Position numbers and translations under genes: made by a program. A DNA stretch of 63,557 nt, the filler included, from Octopus bimaculoides (Eukaryota), in assembly GCF_001194135.2 (NCBI RefSeq). It is 4 parts of 3 records of this genome, joined end to end, with 100 filler letters (N's around TTAATTAATTAA, not from the genome) between each part and the next. Parts side by side here need not be neighbours in the genome. Positions count along the whole stretch, not along the records: positions 1 to 22,158 come from NC_068983.1; 3 more parts are not named here. One strand, written 5' to 3'. Shown here piece by piece: positions 1 to 11,826 of this stretch (position 1 is its first letter; every line of letters begins with the position of its first letter). The notes below the pieces were generated by a model. That model did not search any database, was not told the DNA's origin, and saw only the letters and a program-made list of their open reading frames with translations.

Positions 1-601
1 ATCTGTCATTTCTGCAGTTCAGAACAGCATCAACAATGGAGGACTTTTTCTTGAACCATGTAATAATTTTCTTGCACCTTTCCAATCTCTTTTCTTTCAT
101 AGCTGTTGTCAACAAGTATTTTGGTGTTCTTGTGTAAGATTTTAACCACAAATCATATTTTACTGCATTTCTAATGGTCTTGTTGTCTACCTCAAGTTCA
201 ATTGCCATTTTTTTCATGGATTTGGTTGGATCCTTTAGGATTTTGGATTTGAGAGCTTTAATAAAAGCTTTGGTATGTTTTTTGTTGATTCCTCCACTTC
301 CAGACTTCCTCATAATAGTTTTGGTCATAACCATTCTATTCTTTACATTATAAACAGTCTTTATGGACACTCCAACTATTCTTGAAATCTCCTTTGGTGT
401 GACGAGTGTATTCAGCAAATCACACACTCTTTGACATTTGCCTTCCTGATTACTCACATGGGCAAAAGTTTCTGAAAAGGTAAGGATAATAGTGTCAGGT
501 ATGATTCTGACATCAATATATGCTAGGTTTCAAAACAATTGACTTAATGTCTGCTGAGAAAAAAACAACTTAACGTTCATTGTAAATTTTGCTTCCCCAC
601 C

Positions 602-604
<3 letters not shown>
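1..604 (-). mobile_element. Tc1/mariner-superfamily transposon, 5' part (runs off the window start)
   Basis: The minus strand begins TA|CAGGGTGGGG at 604 inside a (TA)n tract. It translates to a transposase N-terminal HTH region (CQRVCDLLNTLVTPKEISRIVGVSIKTVYNVK...PTKSMKKMAIELEVDNKTIRNAVKYDL...KRLERCKK). Confidence 0.8.
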
Positions 605-650
<46 letters not shown>

Positions 651-1376
651 TTATATATAAATAAGTAACAAAGATGTACAGGTATCAATTCCTTACGGCC
701 GTATCAAGCAGTTCCATTTAATTGATTAATAAGAACATTACATCAATTTGAAAGAAACCACTCTCTTCGGATGACTGTATAGGCATCAAACATAAAGGAT
801 GAACCATTTTTTAAAAACAAATTTACAACAAAATGGAAACCAAAATATTTATATTATTTCCTGTTATTATCAGGGGTTATAAAAGATTAATTGATGGAAA
901 ATTAATTGCAGTATATTGGTTGAATTAATTGATTGGAGTCGTACTGCCGATTAAATAATTGATTGCTATCATATCAATTAATTACAGTTAATTGCAACAT
1001 TGCCAGCAAAAGTTTTTTGAATGGCACATACTTCATTTGGCATTCAATTGGCAAATATAGCATTCTATTATTATTTGAGGTGTTGTGTTGATGCTTTGTT
1101 CTGAATGCTGAGAATGATTTGTACATTCTGTCATGCTTAGGAATTAACTATTGTGTATGTTGTCAAATAATCGCTGTCGAGTGATTTTTGGTTCTGACTG
1201 CTGAGAATGATTCACACATTTTGTCTTCAAGCCATTAAATTGTAACTTTGCCTGCAACGTGGTTGCATCTTGAATTCCGCTCCAGCATATTAACTGAATC
1301 AAACTTTCATCAGTGGAGTGGCGAAATATCTTCTATTATAAACTGTGGCAAAATATCTTTTATTTTAAACTAACAC

Positions 1377-3660
1377 ATGCCGTGTGAAAATGAGCAAATC
1401 ATCAGAAAATATTTTAACCTAACAAACAGTGAACATGTATGGAAATGTAAGTGTGGAAAAAAGTTGACTCAGAAAAAAGGAACTGAATGGACAAATCTTA
1501 TGAATCATATAAAAAACCAACATCCAAAATATTCTACTACACAAGCAACTGGACAACCGTTTATGGTTGGATTGAGTGGGTATGTATTAGTTTAAAACCA
1601 TTTTCCTTTACTGATGACCCACTGACTTGTAAGTACACAAATTTGGGAAGTATGATAAAATGTGACCTTAAACATGGAGAAACTTACTCAAGAAGTGGAA
1701 AAGTAAATATTTGATGAACTTCCAAGTAAATTTTCCTTGGTAATCGACAGTTGGGTTAAAGGTTCAATGCATTTCATTGGACTTTTTGCATCTTATTTGT
1801 GCAATTATCAAAATGGCTATTGTACTGTTTTGCTAGCATTTTTGCCAATAGTAAGTGAAACATCATTCAATGCTTCTGATTTTGTCGAATTTACAGAGTA
1901 TGTGTTAAGTGTCTATAACAAAAATTTAGAAAATGTTGTAACTATTATTGGAAATAATACTGAAGTGAACAAATCTATAGCAAATTTGTGTAGAATAACA
2001 TTGATTGGATGTGCCTCTCATAAATTCAATCTAGCTGTTTCTGATTATCTCGACAAGCAGGAAGTTCTGTTTGATAAAATTAATATGTTGATGGGCAAGC
2101 TAAAATCATTAAAACTTGCAGGTAAACTTCGGGAAAAAAGGTCTTTGCAACCTATACAAAAAAACAAAGCCCGTTGATCCTGTACTTATGACATGATTGA
2201 GTGGTACATCTTACTCAAGCCGTTTTTAGACTCTTTTCAAGGCGATCCAAAGTTGGTTGATTATCTGTTGACTCCATGTGATAATAATCATCTGCAGACA
2301 ATTTAGGAAAGTTATGCTCAGTAACAGTCGCCTTGCAAGGAACGGAAATAAATTTGGGAGAAGCTTGAATTCTTTTTGATGAAATTCTCGTATTGTATCC
2401 TTACAAGGAGTTTTAAAAATATTTGCTTTCATCAGCAGCCATTGTGTACAGCCCAAAGTTTGAAAGAGAAGTTGAGAAATGAAGCTAGTATGATCCGCTG
2501 GATGTGTAATGTCAATGTGCATACACGACAGAGTGTAAATGCCCTGAGAGAAAAGTTGGAAATAAGAAGCATCAAATGTGGTGTGCAAGAGAGACAACTG
2601 CACTGGTATGGTCATGTGTTACATATGGATGAGGACAGCTGTGTAAGGAAGTGCCACACCCTAATTGTGGAAGGAACCTGTGGAAGAGGTAGACCCAGGA
2701 AAACATGGGATGAGATGGTGAACATTGGGCCTCACAGAGACAATGACAGGAGACTCAGACCTTTGGAGATCCAGCAACTAAAGTGAGATCACAGCCATGG
2801 TCAATGCCAGTGTTGCATGTCCGGCCCATTTAAGAGTACCCTTGATGCATCAGGCATTATGATATGCTTGAGAAGACCTGTTGAGTCAAGTAAAACCAAT
2901 GTTTGCTGACTAGCTCCTGTGCCGGTGGCACATAAAAAGGACCATCCGAACATGGTTGATACCTGGTCTGCCTGACTGGCTCCCATGCTGGTAGCACATA
3001 AAAAGCACCATCCAAACGTGGCCGATGCCAGTACTCCCTAACTGGCTCCAGTGCCGGTGGCAAGTAAAAAGCACCCACTACACACTCAGAGTGATTGGCA
3101 TTAGGAAGGGCATCCAGCTTTAGAAACAACGCCAGCTCAGATTGGAATCTGGTGCAGACCTCAATCAAACTGTCCAACCCATGCCAGCATGGTCCAACCT
3201 ATGCCAGCATGGTGCAGACTTCAATCAAACTGTCCAACCCATGCCAGCATGGAAAACAGACATTAAACAATGATGATGATGATGATGATGAGTTGAGAAA
3301 ATTTTACAACATGCAGAAACAGAGCTAACTGCAGATGAAGTGGCTGCTCTACATCAGCTTAAAGTGGTGACAGACACATCACAATATGCTGATTTACCTG
3401 TAGAAGATGATGATTTTGCTTCAATTTGTCTGAAAAACACAAAAAGATAAAATTTCACCTCAGCAATATCTGAACTGTAGATTTCTGTTACCAATGTCCA
3501 ACATCTTGGAACATTTCTTCAGCTCAGCAAGTTACGCATTTAATGATTTTTGGCAATACTTAACACCAATGAATTTAGATATGCAATTATTTCTAAAAAT
3601 CAATCACACTTTCTGGGATGAAGAACTAGCTTCAGAAATCTGCAATCGTTCATGACCTTT
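1377..3660 (+). pseudogene. hAT transposase pseudogene (BED zinc finger to C-terminal dimerisation region), frameshifted and split by a LINE
   Basis: BED-like WKCKCGKK...WTNLMNHIKNQHP. Core segments IDSWVKGSMHFIGLF, IIGNN and GCASHKFNLAV. After the LINE the frame resumes (VEKILQHAETEL...RFLLPMSNILEHFFSSASYAF...LTPMNLDMQLFLKIN). Confidence 0.85.
2480..3290 (+). mobile_element. 5'-truncated RTE-like LINE (ORF2 C-terminus, 3' UTR, (GAT)n tail)
   Basis: EASMIRWMCNV...LREKLEI...LHWYGHV...GRGRPRKTWDE. (GAT)n tail at 3270-3290. A 10-bp direct repeat AGTTGAGAAA flanks it at 2470-2479 and 3291-3300. Confidence 0.9.
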
Positions 3661-4826
3661 TGCTATATTAGAACATATTAATTGTGCTACTTGTTTGAGA
3701 AACTCTTTCAATTAAAGACCTTCAATTTATTTGTTTTTCAACTTCAGTACAATGTAGAGTATACATGTTGTTTGTTCCCTATTCTAAATCATTAAAACTG
3801 AACTTTGAACATTTTCTGATAATAAAGTTTTTTTAAACTATAAGACATGCCTTTTCTTTTCCTATCATTTTGGCTCTTATCTAAATCAAAGCTAACAAAA
3901 TATATGGTGTTTTTATGTTTGGCAAAATAATTGACAATTAATTGCAATAATTGATTGGCTTGTATCCCAATTAAAATTAATTGATTGCTAGGAAAATAAT
4001 TGATTGGAAAGGTTCCAATCAATTATTTACAACCCCTGATTGTTATATCTGTGGCAGAATGAGTTTACATACCGTGTTAAGCCTACTATAATTTAGAGAG
4101 TAGCAGAGGAAATAGCGGGGGTTAAGTGGTGACGTAGATACTTATACTTAGAAGACTTTATGTAGCTTGTAGTCTTCAACCATTTAGAATTAAATCCATA
4201 GGGAGTTGTCAACTATATTCTAGTTGACAATTAAAGCCAGACAATCTACTAGACAGTCAATGTACTGGAATCATATATCTAACTATATCTACATAAAAGG
4301 GTATGTTGCAGAGTTGCTAGTAAGAGAATGACTGATGGTGAAGGGGTGGTCACTGGAAGAAAGAAGGATAGGGGTGGCCAATACTTATTTAGACTGTCAA
4401 ATTAATCTGAAGAGAACGGTTTCTTTCAAATTGCTGTAATGTTTTTCATTTATCAATTAAATGAAGCCACTTGAAATGGCCGTAATGAATTGACACCTGT
4501 ACATCTTTGTTAGTTATTTATATTCTGTTCACCTAACTTGGAATCTACATTTCGGAAATACTATAGAAAGTACCTTTATATATAAAAAAATATATAAAAA
4601 GTACATGTCTGAATTACCAAGAGTGGATTTCTTCACTTAGCTGAGTTGCATTGTCTGCACACATGGCAGGAATATTAGATGCAAATACTCCCACACAGAG
4701 CCTTGATATTCAATATTCAAATAATATTGTTGAAGTGTGTGGACTATACCAAACTAGCGTGGTGCCTCAATTTAAGTACCTAATTCAACTGAATCTTACT
4801 TGTATTTTATATGTATATAAGTGCAG

Positions 4827-5210
4827 GTGTGGCTGTGTAGTAAGAAGCTGGCAGAAACGTTAGCACGGTGGACGAAATACTTAGCGGTATTTCGTTTGCC
4901 GTTACGTTCTGAATTCAAATTCCACTGAGGTCAACTTTGCCTTTCATCCTTTCGGGGTCGATAAATTAAGTACCAGTTACGCACTGGGGTCGATGTAATC
5001 GACTTAATCCCTTTGTCTGTCCTTGTTTGTCCCCTCTATGTTTAGCCCCTTGTGGGCAATAAAGAAATAAGAAGCTTGCTTCCCAACCACATGGTTCCAG
5101 GTTCAGTCCCACTGCGTGGCACCTTGGGTAAGTGTCTTCTACTATAGCTTGGAGTTGACCAAAGCCTTGTGAGTGGATGTGGTAGATGGAAACTGAAAGA
5201 AGCCCATTGT
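4827..5210 (+). mobile_element. tRNA-derived SINE (family B here), 5' half, interrupted by a nested SINE and ending at (TA)n plus a gap
   Basis: GGCTGTGTAGTAAGAAGCT...TGCTTCCCAACCACATGGTTCCAGGTTCAGTCCC matches the uninterrupted copy at 40987-41378. B-box-like GGTTCAGTCCC. Confidence 0.8.
4850..5067 (+). mobile_element. SINE (family A here) nested inside the family B SINE
   Basis: Core GAATTCAAATTCC...CTTTGCCTTTCATCCTTTCGGGGTCGATAAATTAAGTACCAG is shared with copies at about 9250, 27360, 44460 and 45870. Flanked by TAAGAAGCT at 4841-4849 and 5068-5076. Confidence 0.85.
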
Positions 5211-5357
5211 ATATATATATATATATATNNNNNNNNNNNNNNNNNNNNNNNNNNNNNNNNNNNNNNNNNNNNNNNNNNNNNNNNNNNNNNNNNNNNNNNN
5301 NNNNNNTAAAAATTAAAATTAAATTAAGTTTAACAGTATAAAATATATATATATATA

Positions 5358-6775
5358 GTTTTAGGTAAAAGAACCAAGGTTCATAAATTCATCGATGAAA
5401 ATCCACTGTCACAGAAAAATTAATAAGTAAAAGCACAATAAATAAGTATGATATAATACAAAGTAAATATCGTAAGATAATGATAATAAAACGACTACAC
5501 GTGTTTCATAACCAATTTTCAAATAGAAAGAAAATTTAAATCAATTAAAACTATCGAAAATCAATTCTATTAAAAAATATAGCTAATCTTCAGGTCAAAA
5601 TGCAACAATAATAATAATAAAAGAATGTATATATCAACCAACAATAAATAACAAATGAATGTATATAAAATACTTATTATATTGAGATAAAAAAATATTA
5701 TTAAAAATATCAAAATTATAAACATTCCACAATCAATACTTATCGCTACGCTGCTGAAGTATCGTTTTTAACTTTGTTAAATGACTTTATATCATTGTTT
5801 GAAAAAAATATGTATTTTTATATAATTCAATTGATTTTTAATGATAATTTTAGTTGATACCTTTTTAACACTAAGTTAATTAGTAGTAAGTGTATCATCT
5901 TAGCCTAAACTAAGACTTCGATTAGATTAAGGTTGAATTTTCTCCATTAATACTGTTTAATATTTCTTTTTATTTTATGGGATAAATAACTAGTCTTTTT
6001 ATTTAATTTCTTTGATTATACAATATCGTTAATTGTTTTATTATGACTTAAGTTATATAAAGTTTAATCTTTCATTTATAATAAAATTTTCATTCATATT
6101 TTTATATCTATTTACTCTATTCCTTTTCTTTACGCAATATTTTCATGAGACTTCTTTTAAATAAATGTTTTAGTCTAAAATCTTCTAGTTTAAACTATTG
6201 CATCGTTTAGATATGTGCTACTTCTATCTTTATTATTNNNNNNNNNNNNNNNNNNNNNNNNNNNNNNNNNNNNNNNNNNNNNNNNNNNNNNNNNNNNNNN
6301 NNNNNNNNNNNNNNNNNNNNNNNNNNNNNNNNNNNNNNNNNNNNNNNNNNNNNNNNNNNNNNNNNNNNNNNNNNNNNNNNNNNNNNNNNNNNNNNNNNNN
6401 NNNNNNNNNNNNNNNNNNNNNNNNNNNNNNNNNNNNNNNNNNNNNNNNNNNNNNNNNNNNNNNTATATACATTCATTTGTTGTTTATTGTTGGTTGATAT
6501 ATACATTCTTTTATTATTATTATTGTTGTATTTTGACCTGAAGATTAGCTATGTTTTTGAATAGAATTGATTTTCGATAGTTTTAATTGATTTAAATTTT
6601 CTTTCTATTTGAAAATTGGTTATGAAACACGTGTAGTCGTTTTATTATCATTATCTTATGATATTTACTTTGTATTATATTATACTTATTTATTGTGCTT
6701 TTACTTATTAATTTTTCTATGTGACAGTGGATTTTCCTCAATGAGTTCATGAACTTTGGTTCTTTTCCCTAAAAC
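5358..6775. mobile_element. Unclassified element with ~310-bp terminal inverted repeats, inserted in (TA)n
   Basis: 5358-5667 is the near-identical reverse complement of 6464-6775 (termini GTTTTAGG...CCTAAAAC). The interior is very AT-rich and contains a gap. Confidence 0.75.
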
Positions 6776-6796
6776 TATATATATATATATATATAT

Positions 6797-7883
6797 GAAT
6801 TTGGTATAATGGTGTTATCAAGTACCTACAGAAAAAAAGGTTTAACACTCAAGGACATTCATGCTGACATGGTTGCAACATTAGGGGAAGATGCTCCAGC
6901 TATATGAACAGTGTAAAAGTGGGAAGCTGAATTTAGGAGGGGAACGGAGAGTCTTGAAGATGACTCAAGATCTGGATGTCCTCTGACACTGCCACCACTA
7001 AGGGAAACATTTATTGTGTTCACCACATGGTGATTGATGACAGGTGATTAACTATAAATCAAATAGCCAATGCTATTTTATTAGCATATCCTGTAAGAGA
7101 GTTGAGAATATTCTGCATAATGAACTTGACATGACAAAGGATTCTGCTTGGTGGCTGCCACATCTTCTGACACTAGATCAAAAGCACACCAGGCTGATCA
7201 CATCACAGGAAAATTTGATATTGTTTGAGGCAGATCCAGCTGGTTTCCCTGAACATTTCCTAACCCAACATGAGTGTTGGCTTCTTCATTTTGAATCAGA
7301 GACAAAGAGACAATCCATCACTAGAAACACCCTCCTTACTTGCTCCAAAGAATGCCAAGGTTGTTTCATCTGCAGAGAAGGTGATGGCCTCAGGTTTTGG
7401 GATGGAAAAGGCAAAGATCTTACAAAGGGCCACACCTTCAGCTGAAAGCACTATGCCAACTTCCTGAAGTAGTTACAGAAATCTATCAAGATTAAACACC
7501 CAGGAAAACTGATGAAAAGGGTCTTGTTTCATTAGGACAATATTCCAGTACACAAGTCCTTGGTTTCAATGGCTAAAATGTGTGATTGTGGTTTTGAACT
7601 GGTTGATCACCCTTCCTATTCTCCTAATTTGGCCCCATCTGACTATCATCTGTCCCCAAACATGAAAAAAACACTTGGCTGGGAACCAGTATTGCAGTGA
7701 TGATGACATCTGCTGTTGATGAATTTTTTTGACCAACAGGATGAAAGCTTCTTTACCCATGGAATCCAAACACTGCAACACAGAAAAAGTGTGTGGACTG
7801 CAAGGGGAGGCTATATTGAAAAATAAACCTCATTTGGTTACATCCCATGAGAGTATGTCTATGAACTTTTCAGCCAACACTTG
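6797..7883 (+). mobile_element. mariner transposon relic (D,D34D type), left end missing
   Basis: VIKYLQKK...KDIHADMVATLGEDAP N-terminus. DNIPVHKS and HPSYSPNLAPSDYHL catalytic-region motifs. Right end GAACTTTTCAGCCAACACTTG|TA. Confidence 0.85.
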
Positions 7884-8034
7884 TACAAACGGGTTCTCTG
7901 TGTTTTTTTTCCAACCAATCATATCTATTTAAGGATAAGAAGACAGAGAAGATGGAACTCTTAACTAGAAACATTGTTTCATAACCATTGAAACAAAATA
8001 AAAACATAGACACTTCAACAAGTATTCCAACACC

Positions 8035-8130
8035 CAATCTTTTCTATTATAGGCACAAGGCCTGAAATTTTGGGGATAGTCAATTACATCAACTCCAGTA
8101 CTCAACTGGTACTTCATTTATCAACACCCA
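8035..8130 (-). mobile_element. SINE family A 3' fragment
   Basis: Reverse complement of the GTACCAGTTGAGTACTGG...AAATTTCAGGCCTTGTGCCTATAATAGAAA tail. Confidence 0.65.
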
Positions 8131-8789
8131 ATCTGGTCACTCAACATGTAGTCCCTCAGTTCTAAGCTAATATTAAACTGACAAGTGGTTTATGGGCTCA
8201 CAGTAGCCAGATTAAGAATGAATAAATGAAACAGATCATAGACAATGTAATGAAGTGAAGGTGGAAGGGGTACCAAGTTCCTTTCTTCATAGAATAATAG
8301 CAATCTAAAGATAAAAGTAGGATGGACATTCATACAAATACATCAATCAATAAGCTCCACAGAATGTTCCAGCAATTTCTTCCAATGTAAAGAATAGTTA
8401 GATGAAGAAATACTTCAGATGCAAGCACAGATACTGAAAATAAGATGAAGTGATGACAACTTTAGATATTAAAATGAAAAGGGGAAAATGCTGGAGAATT
8501 TTCTTTGTAATATTGTTATTAACATGGTGAGTGCCAGTAGTAGAACTGAAGGAAATGTCTTTAGTTCTATCTCTAAGTTCTGATTTCAAATCCTACCAAA
8601 GTAAACTTTTTTTTTATCATTCTAGAGTGAATAAACTAAGTATCTATCAATATTCACAGACATAGTGACCTATACCTTCCCCACAATTGCATGGTCTTAA
8701 GCCTATGTTAGACATCATTAAGATAGTTCAGTAACAGATACTGTTGAGTACTGGAGTAACTGTCTTGCAATGTTTAGTTATGAAGTTAG

Positions 8790-9393
8790 ATCTCATCCAA
8801 GGCAAATTTGTCATTCATCTTACCAGGGTAGCAATCAAGTTTAATCTAAGTGACAAAATTCTCCTTCCCACAAAAACTGGAGGCCAATTTTCAAAATTAC
8901 TAATCATTATTAAGCACCAGTGAAACATTGGGGTTTATGTAATCAACTTGTCCTCTCCCCCAAAATTTCAGGCCTTGAAAGGATTATCATTATTATTATT
9001 ATTAAGGTAGCGAGTTGGCAGAACAATCAGCATGCCAGGCAAAATGCTAAGTGGCATTTTGTCCATAAATGAAGCATCAGTCAAACACTAGAGTTGATGT
9101 AATTGACTAGTTCCCTCCTACAAAATTTCAGGCCTTGTGCCTGTAATAGAAAGGATTGTTATTATCATTATTATTATTATTATTATTAAAACGATGAACT
9201 GGCAGAATTGTTAGCACACCAAGTAAAACATTTAGTGGCATTTCATCCATCCTTATGTTCTGAGTTCAAATTTTGCCAAGGTCGACTTTGTTTTTCATCC
9301 TTTTAGGGTTGATGAAAAGAGTACCAGACAAGCATTGGGGTTGATGATCCCCTCCCCACAAAATTTCAGGCCTTGTGCCTATAGTAGAAAAGA

Positions 9394-9439
<46 letters not shown>

Positions 9440-9450
9440 CATTATTATAT
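8790..9450 (+). mobile_element. Head-to-tail cluster of three family A SINE copies, each ending in (ATT)n
   Basis: The AAATTTCAGGCCTTG...GAAAGGATT(ATT)n tail recurs at about 8965, 9125 and 9362. GCTGGCAGAA-like heads occur at about 9012 and 9198. Confidence 0.75.
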
Positions 9451-9479
9451 TTAATTTACTCACAACAGATTGAACTGTT

Positions 9480-9808
9480 GAAAAATGTTACTAACATCAG
9501 ACAAAAACAAGTAACCTTAGATGCCAAGAACCTTCTTAAATATCCTACCTGCTTTTGCTATGATATACTGCTTCAGCTCTTCCGTGACTATCCCAAATCC
9601 TTTCTCTTTGACTAAGAAGAAAATGCAGCTCAAAGGTCACCATTTTAAAAACATTGTTGAGATACAGAGCGACCCACAGAAGATCCTTGACTTACAGAAA
9701 ACAATTTCCAGGCTGGATTCAAAAAGTGGTAGGAACACTGGGACAGGTGTATTGCTGCACAAGGTGACTATTTTGAAGGAGATGATGTTAAGACTTAATT
9801 AAATAAGT
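9480..9808 (+). mobile_element. mariner transposase 3' fragment
   Basis: KKMQLKGHHFKNIVEIQ followed by GDYFEGD, the typical mariner C-terminal end. Confidence 0.55.
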
Positions 9809-9820
9809 CCNNNNNNNNNN

Positions 9821-9859
<39 letters not shown>

Positions 9860-10543
9860 GTTCAGCAATTTCTTGCTGAACAACTTGCAGAAATGATTTA
9901 CATGTAGTGTCAAATGTTTGTGTTATACATTAGTTCACTCTCTCCATTAAATCAACATTGCCTGAACAAATACACAATGTACCACACGTCAGATGTCAAA
10001 ATGACTGCAGAGCAATGTAAAATAAAGTGTTTTGCTCATCAGTCATCATGCATCCTCTTCAACTGCTTATAGAGACAATGCTTATAAACCTACAATAAAT
10101 AAGGTCTTTAGTAAATCAAACAGACTGAGTCACATATATAACAGATTCTTGGAAGTCAGTTCAATTAATAAATTACTAGTGCATTGCTAGTTTTTTGTTT
10201 GTTTCAGTGTTATAGACTGTAGTGCAGAATATAACTATAAATTTCAGCCAATGCCCTAATTCTGAAGAATGACCTAAGATAAGAACATGGAACTCTGAGA
10301 AACAGATTGTTGTAAATTGAGATAACATAATCTTACACATTACATATTTATCTTTTGATGGTATTGAGTTTGTTTTTCATTCTGCGGTTTTTCTGTGTAT
10401 GTCATCATCTCATTTTACTACTATACTACTATCAACTAATTATATATATATTCATTTGTTTGTTTTTATGCCCATTTTCCCATGCTAGCATGGACACATA
10501 GATATACACATAAAAGTGAGGAAAGAGAGAGAGATTGAAGGAA

Positions 10544-10586
<43 letters not shown>

Positions 10587-11229
10587 AGAAGAGAAAGCAA
10601 CATATTTTGTTTAGTTTAATTTACAAATATAAAGGTCAAATTTGAGCAAATTTTAGTTGGTTGAGATGGAGGTAGTAAAGACAGCAGCAGCTCCTCAGTG
10701 TTAAGTCTGTGACTCATGAAAAAACCCTTCCTAAAACCACAAATAAATTTCTTTTCTCTTCTTTCTACCAAAGAAAGTCAAATACTTACAGACAAGGGTA
10801 TGATATCATATGAAGCAGGAATGTATCAATCTGCATAAGCATTCTGCAAAGTTTGCAACTTACCTAAAAAATAAAGAAAATATATTTGATAAAACGAAAT
10901 AAAAATTAAGTATATGCAATATGATTTAGCATATGAAGAAAATATATAAACAACAAATTGTGTATTCAAGTAGGCATGTGTGTGTGTGTATGGCTGTGGT
11001 GCATGTGTGAGAATGTCAGAATTTATGGCCCACTGGACAAAACATGTGAAGGTTATATATATAAAATCTCTTAAGCATGTTTTAAGTACGATATATGCAT
11101 GTGTATATATATGTGTATGTAAGAATACAAATGTTTCTTCCATATTGTATATATAAAAGTGCTTACATTCGTTTACATGCATGAATAATGCTATAGATGT
11201 ATATGTTCATTTGTAGACATACTTATACA

Positions 11230-11275
<46 letters not shown>

Positions 11276-11782
11276 AATTCACATACACACACATATATAT
11301 ACATACATACATACATACATATAAACATATACAGTGTGTGAGAGAAAGGGAAGTTAGCATGTTATAGAACATGCTGTAAGTTTCCTGAAATTACAGTTGA
11401 TCCCTCCTCTCTCTGGTTTTCATCAACTGATACCTTCATTGTATTAATTCCTCTTTAGTTCCCTCACCCATCTCATTATTTTTCTTCCCTTTAATTCTTT
11501 CCTTACTACTATGCTCTGTTCTCTGTAAACCTTTATTTTAGTAAACACTGCTATGAAATAGGCATTTGCTATTTCATTCTGATGTTCCTAACAGTAGGAA
11601 CTTATGTTATTACATACACCTACAATATCATGGGTCTTTACTATGCACAAATGTGGTTACAGCATAAGCTGCTGAGATAAGACTATTACAATACTCTTTT
11701 CATTTACTTTAGTTCTTTATTGCATACTCTCTTTTTCATGTTATTATATTCATTAAGACTACTTGTGTTTATCTTTGTACTT

Positions 11783-11825
<43 letters not shown>

Positions 11826-11826
<1 letters not shown>

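Larger units (their letters stand above)
871..4038 (+). mobile_element. hAT DNA transposon, full span, interrupted by a LINE
   Basis: Imperfect TIRs CAGGGGTTATAAA (871) and TTTACAACCCCTG (ending 4038). AATTGATT/AATTAATT subterminal repeats at both ends. The 8-bp flanks GTTATTAT and ATTGTTAT differ by two transitions (possible decayed TSD). Internal transposase relic. Confidence 0.85.

Noticed and set aside
2900-3260. Repeat-spacer-like pattern suggestive of CRISPR
   Set aside because: The repeats are degenerate, irregularly spaced and inside a LINE 3' UTR in animal DNA, with no cas genes.
6604-6640. CTATTTGA-AAATTGGTTAT-GAAAC-ACGT-GTA in the long-TIR arms resembles a minimal hammerhead
   Set aside because: Stem III and GUA fit, but the CUGANGA half, stem II and stem I do not. 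Both arms carry the same sequence, so decay is not an obvious explanation.
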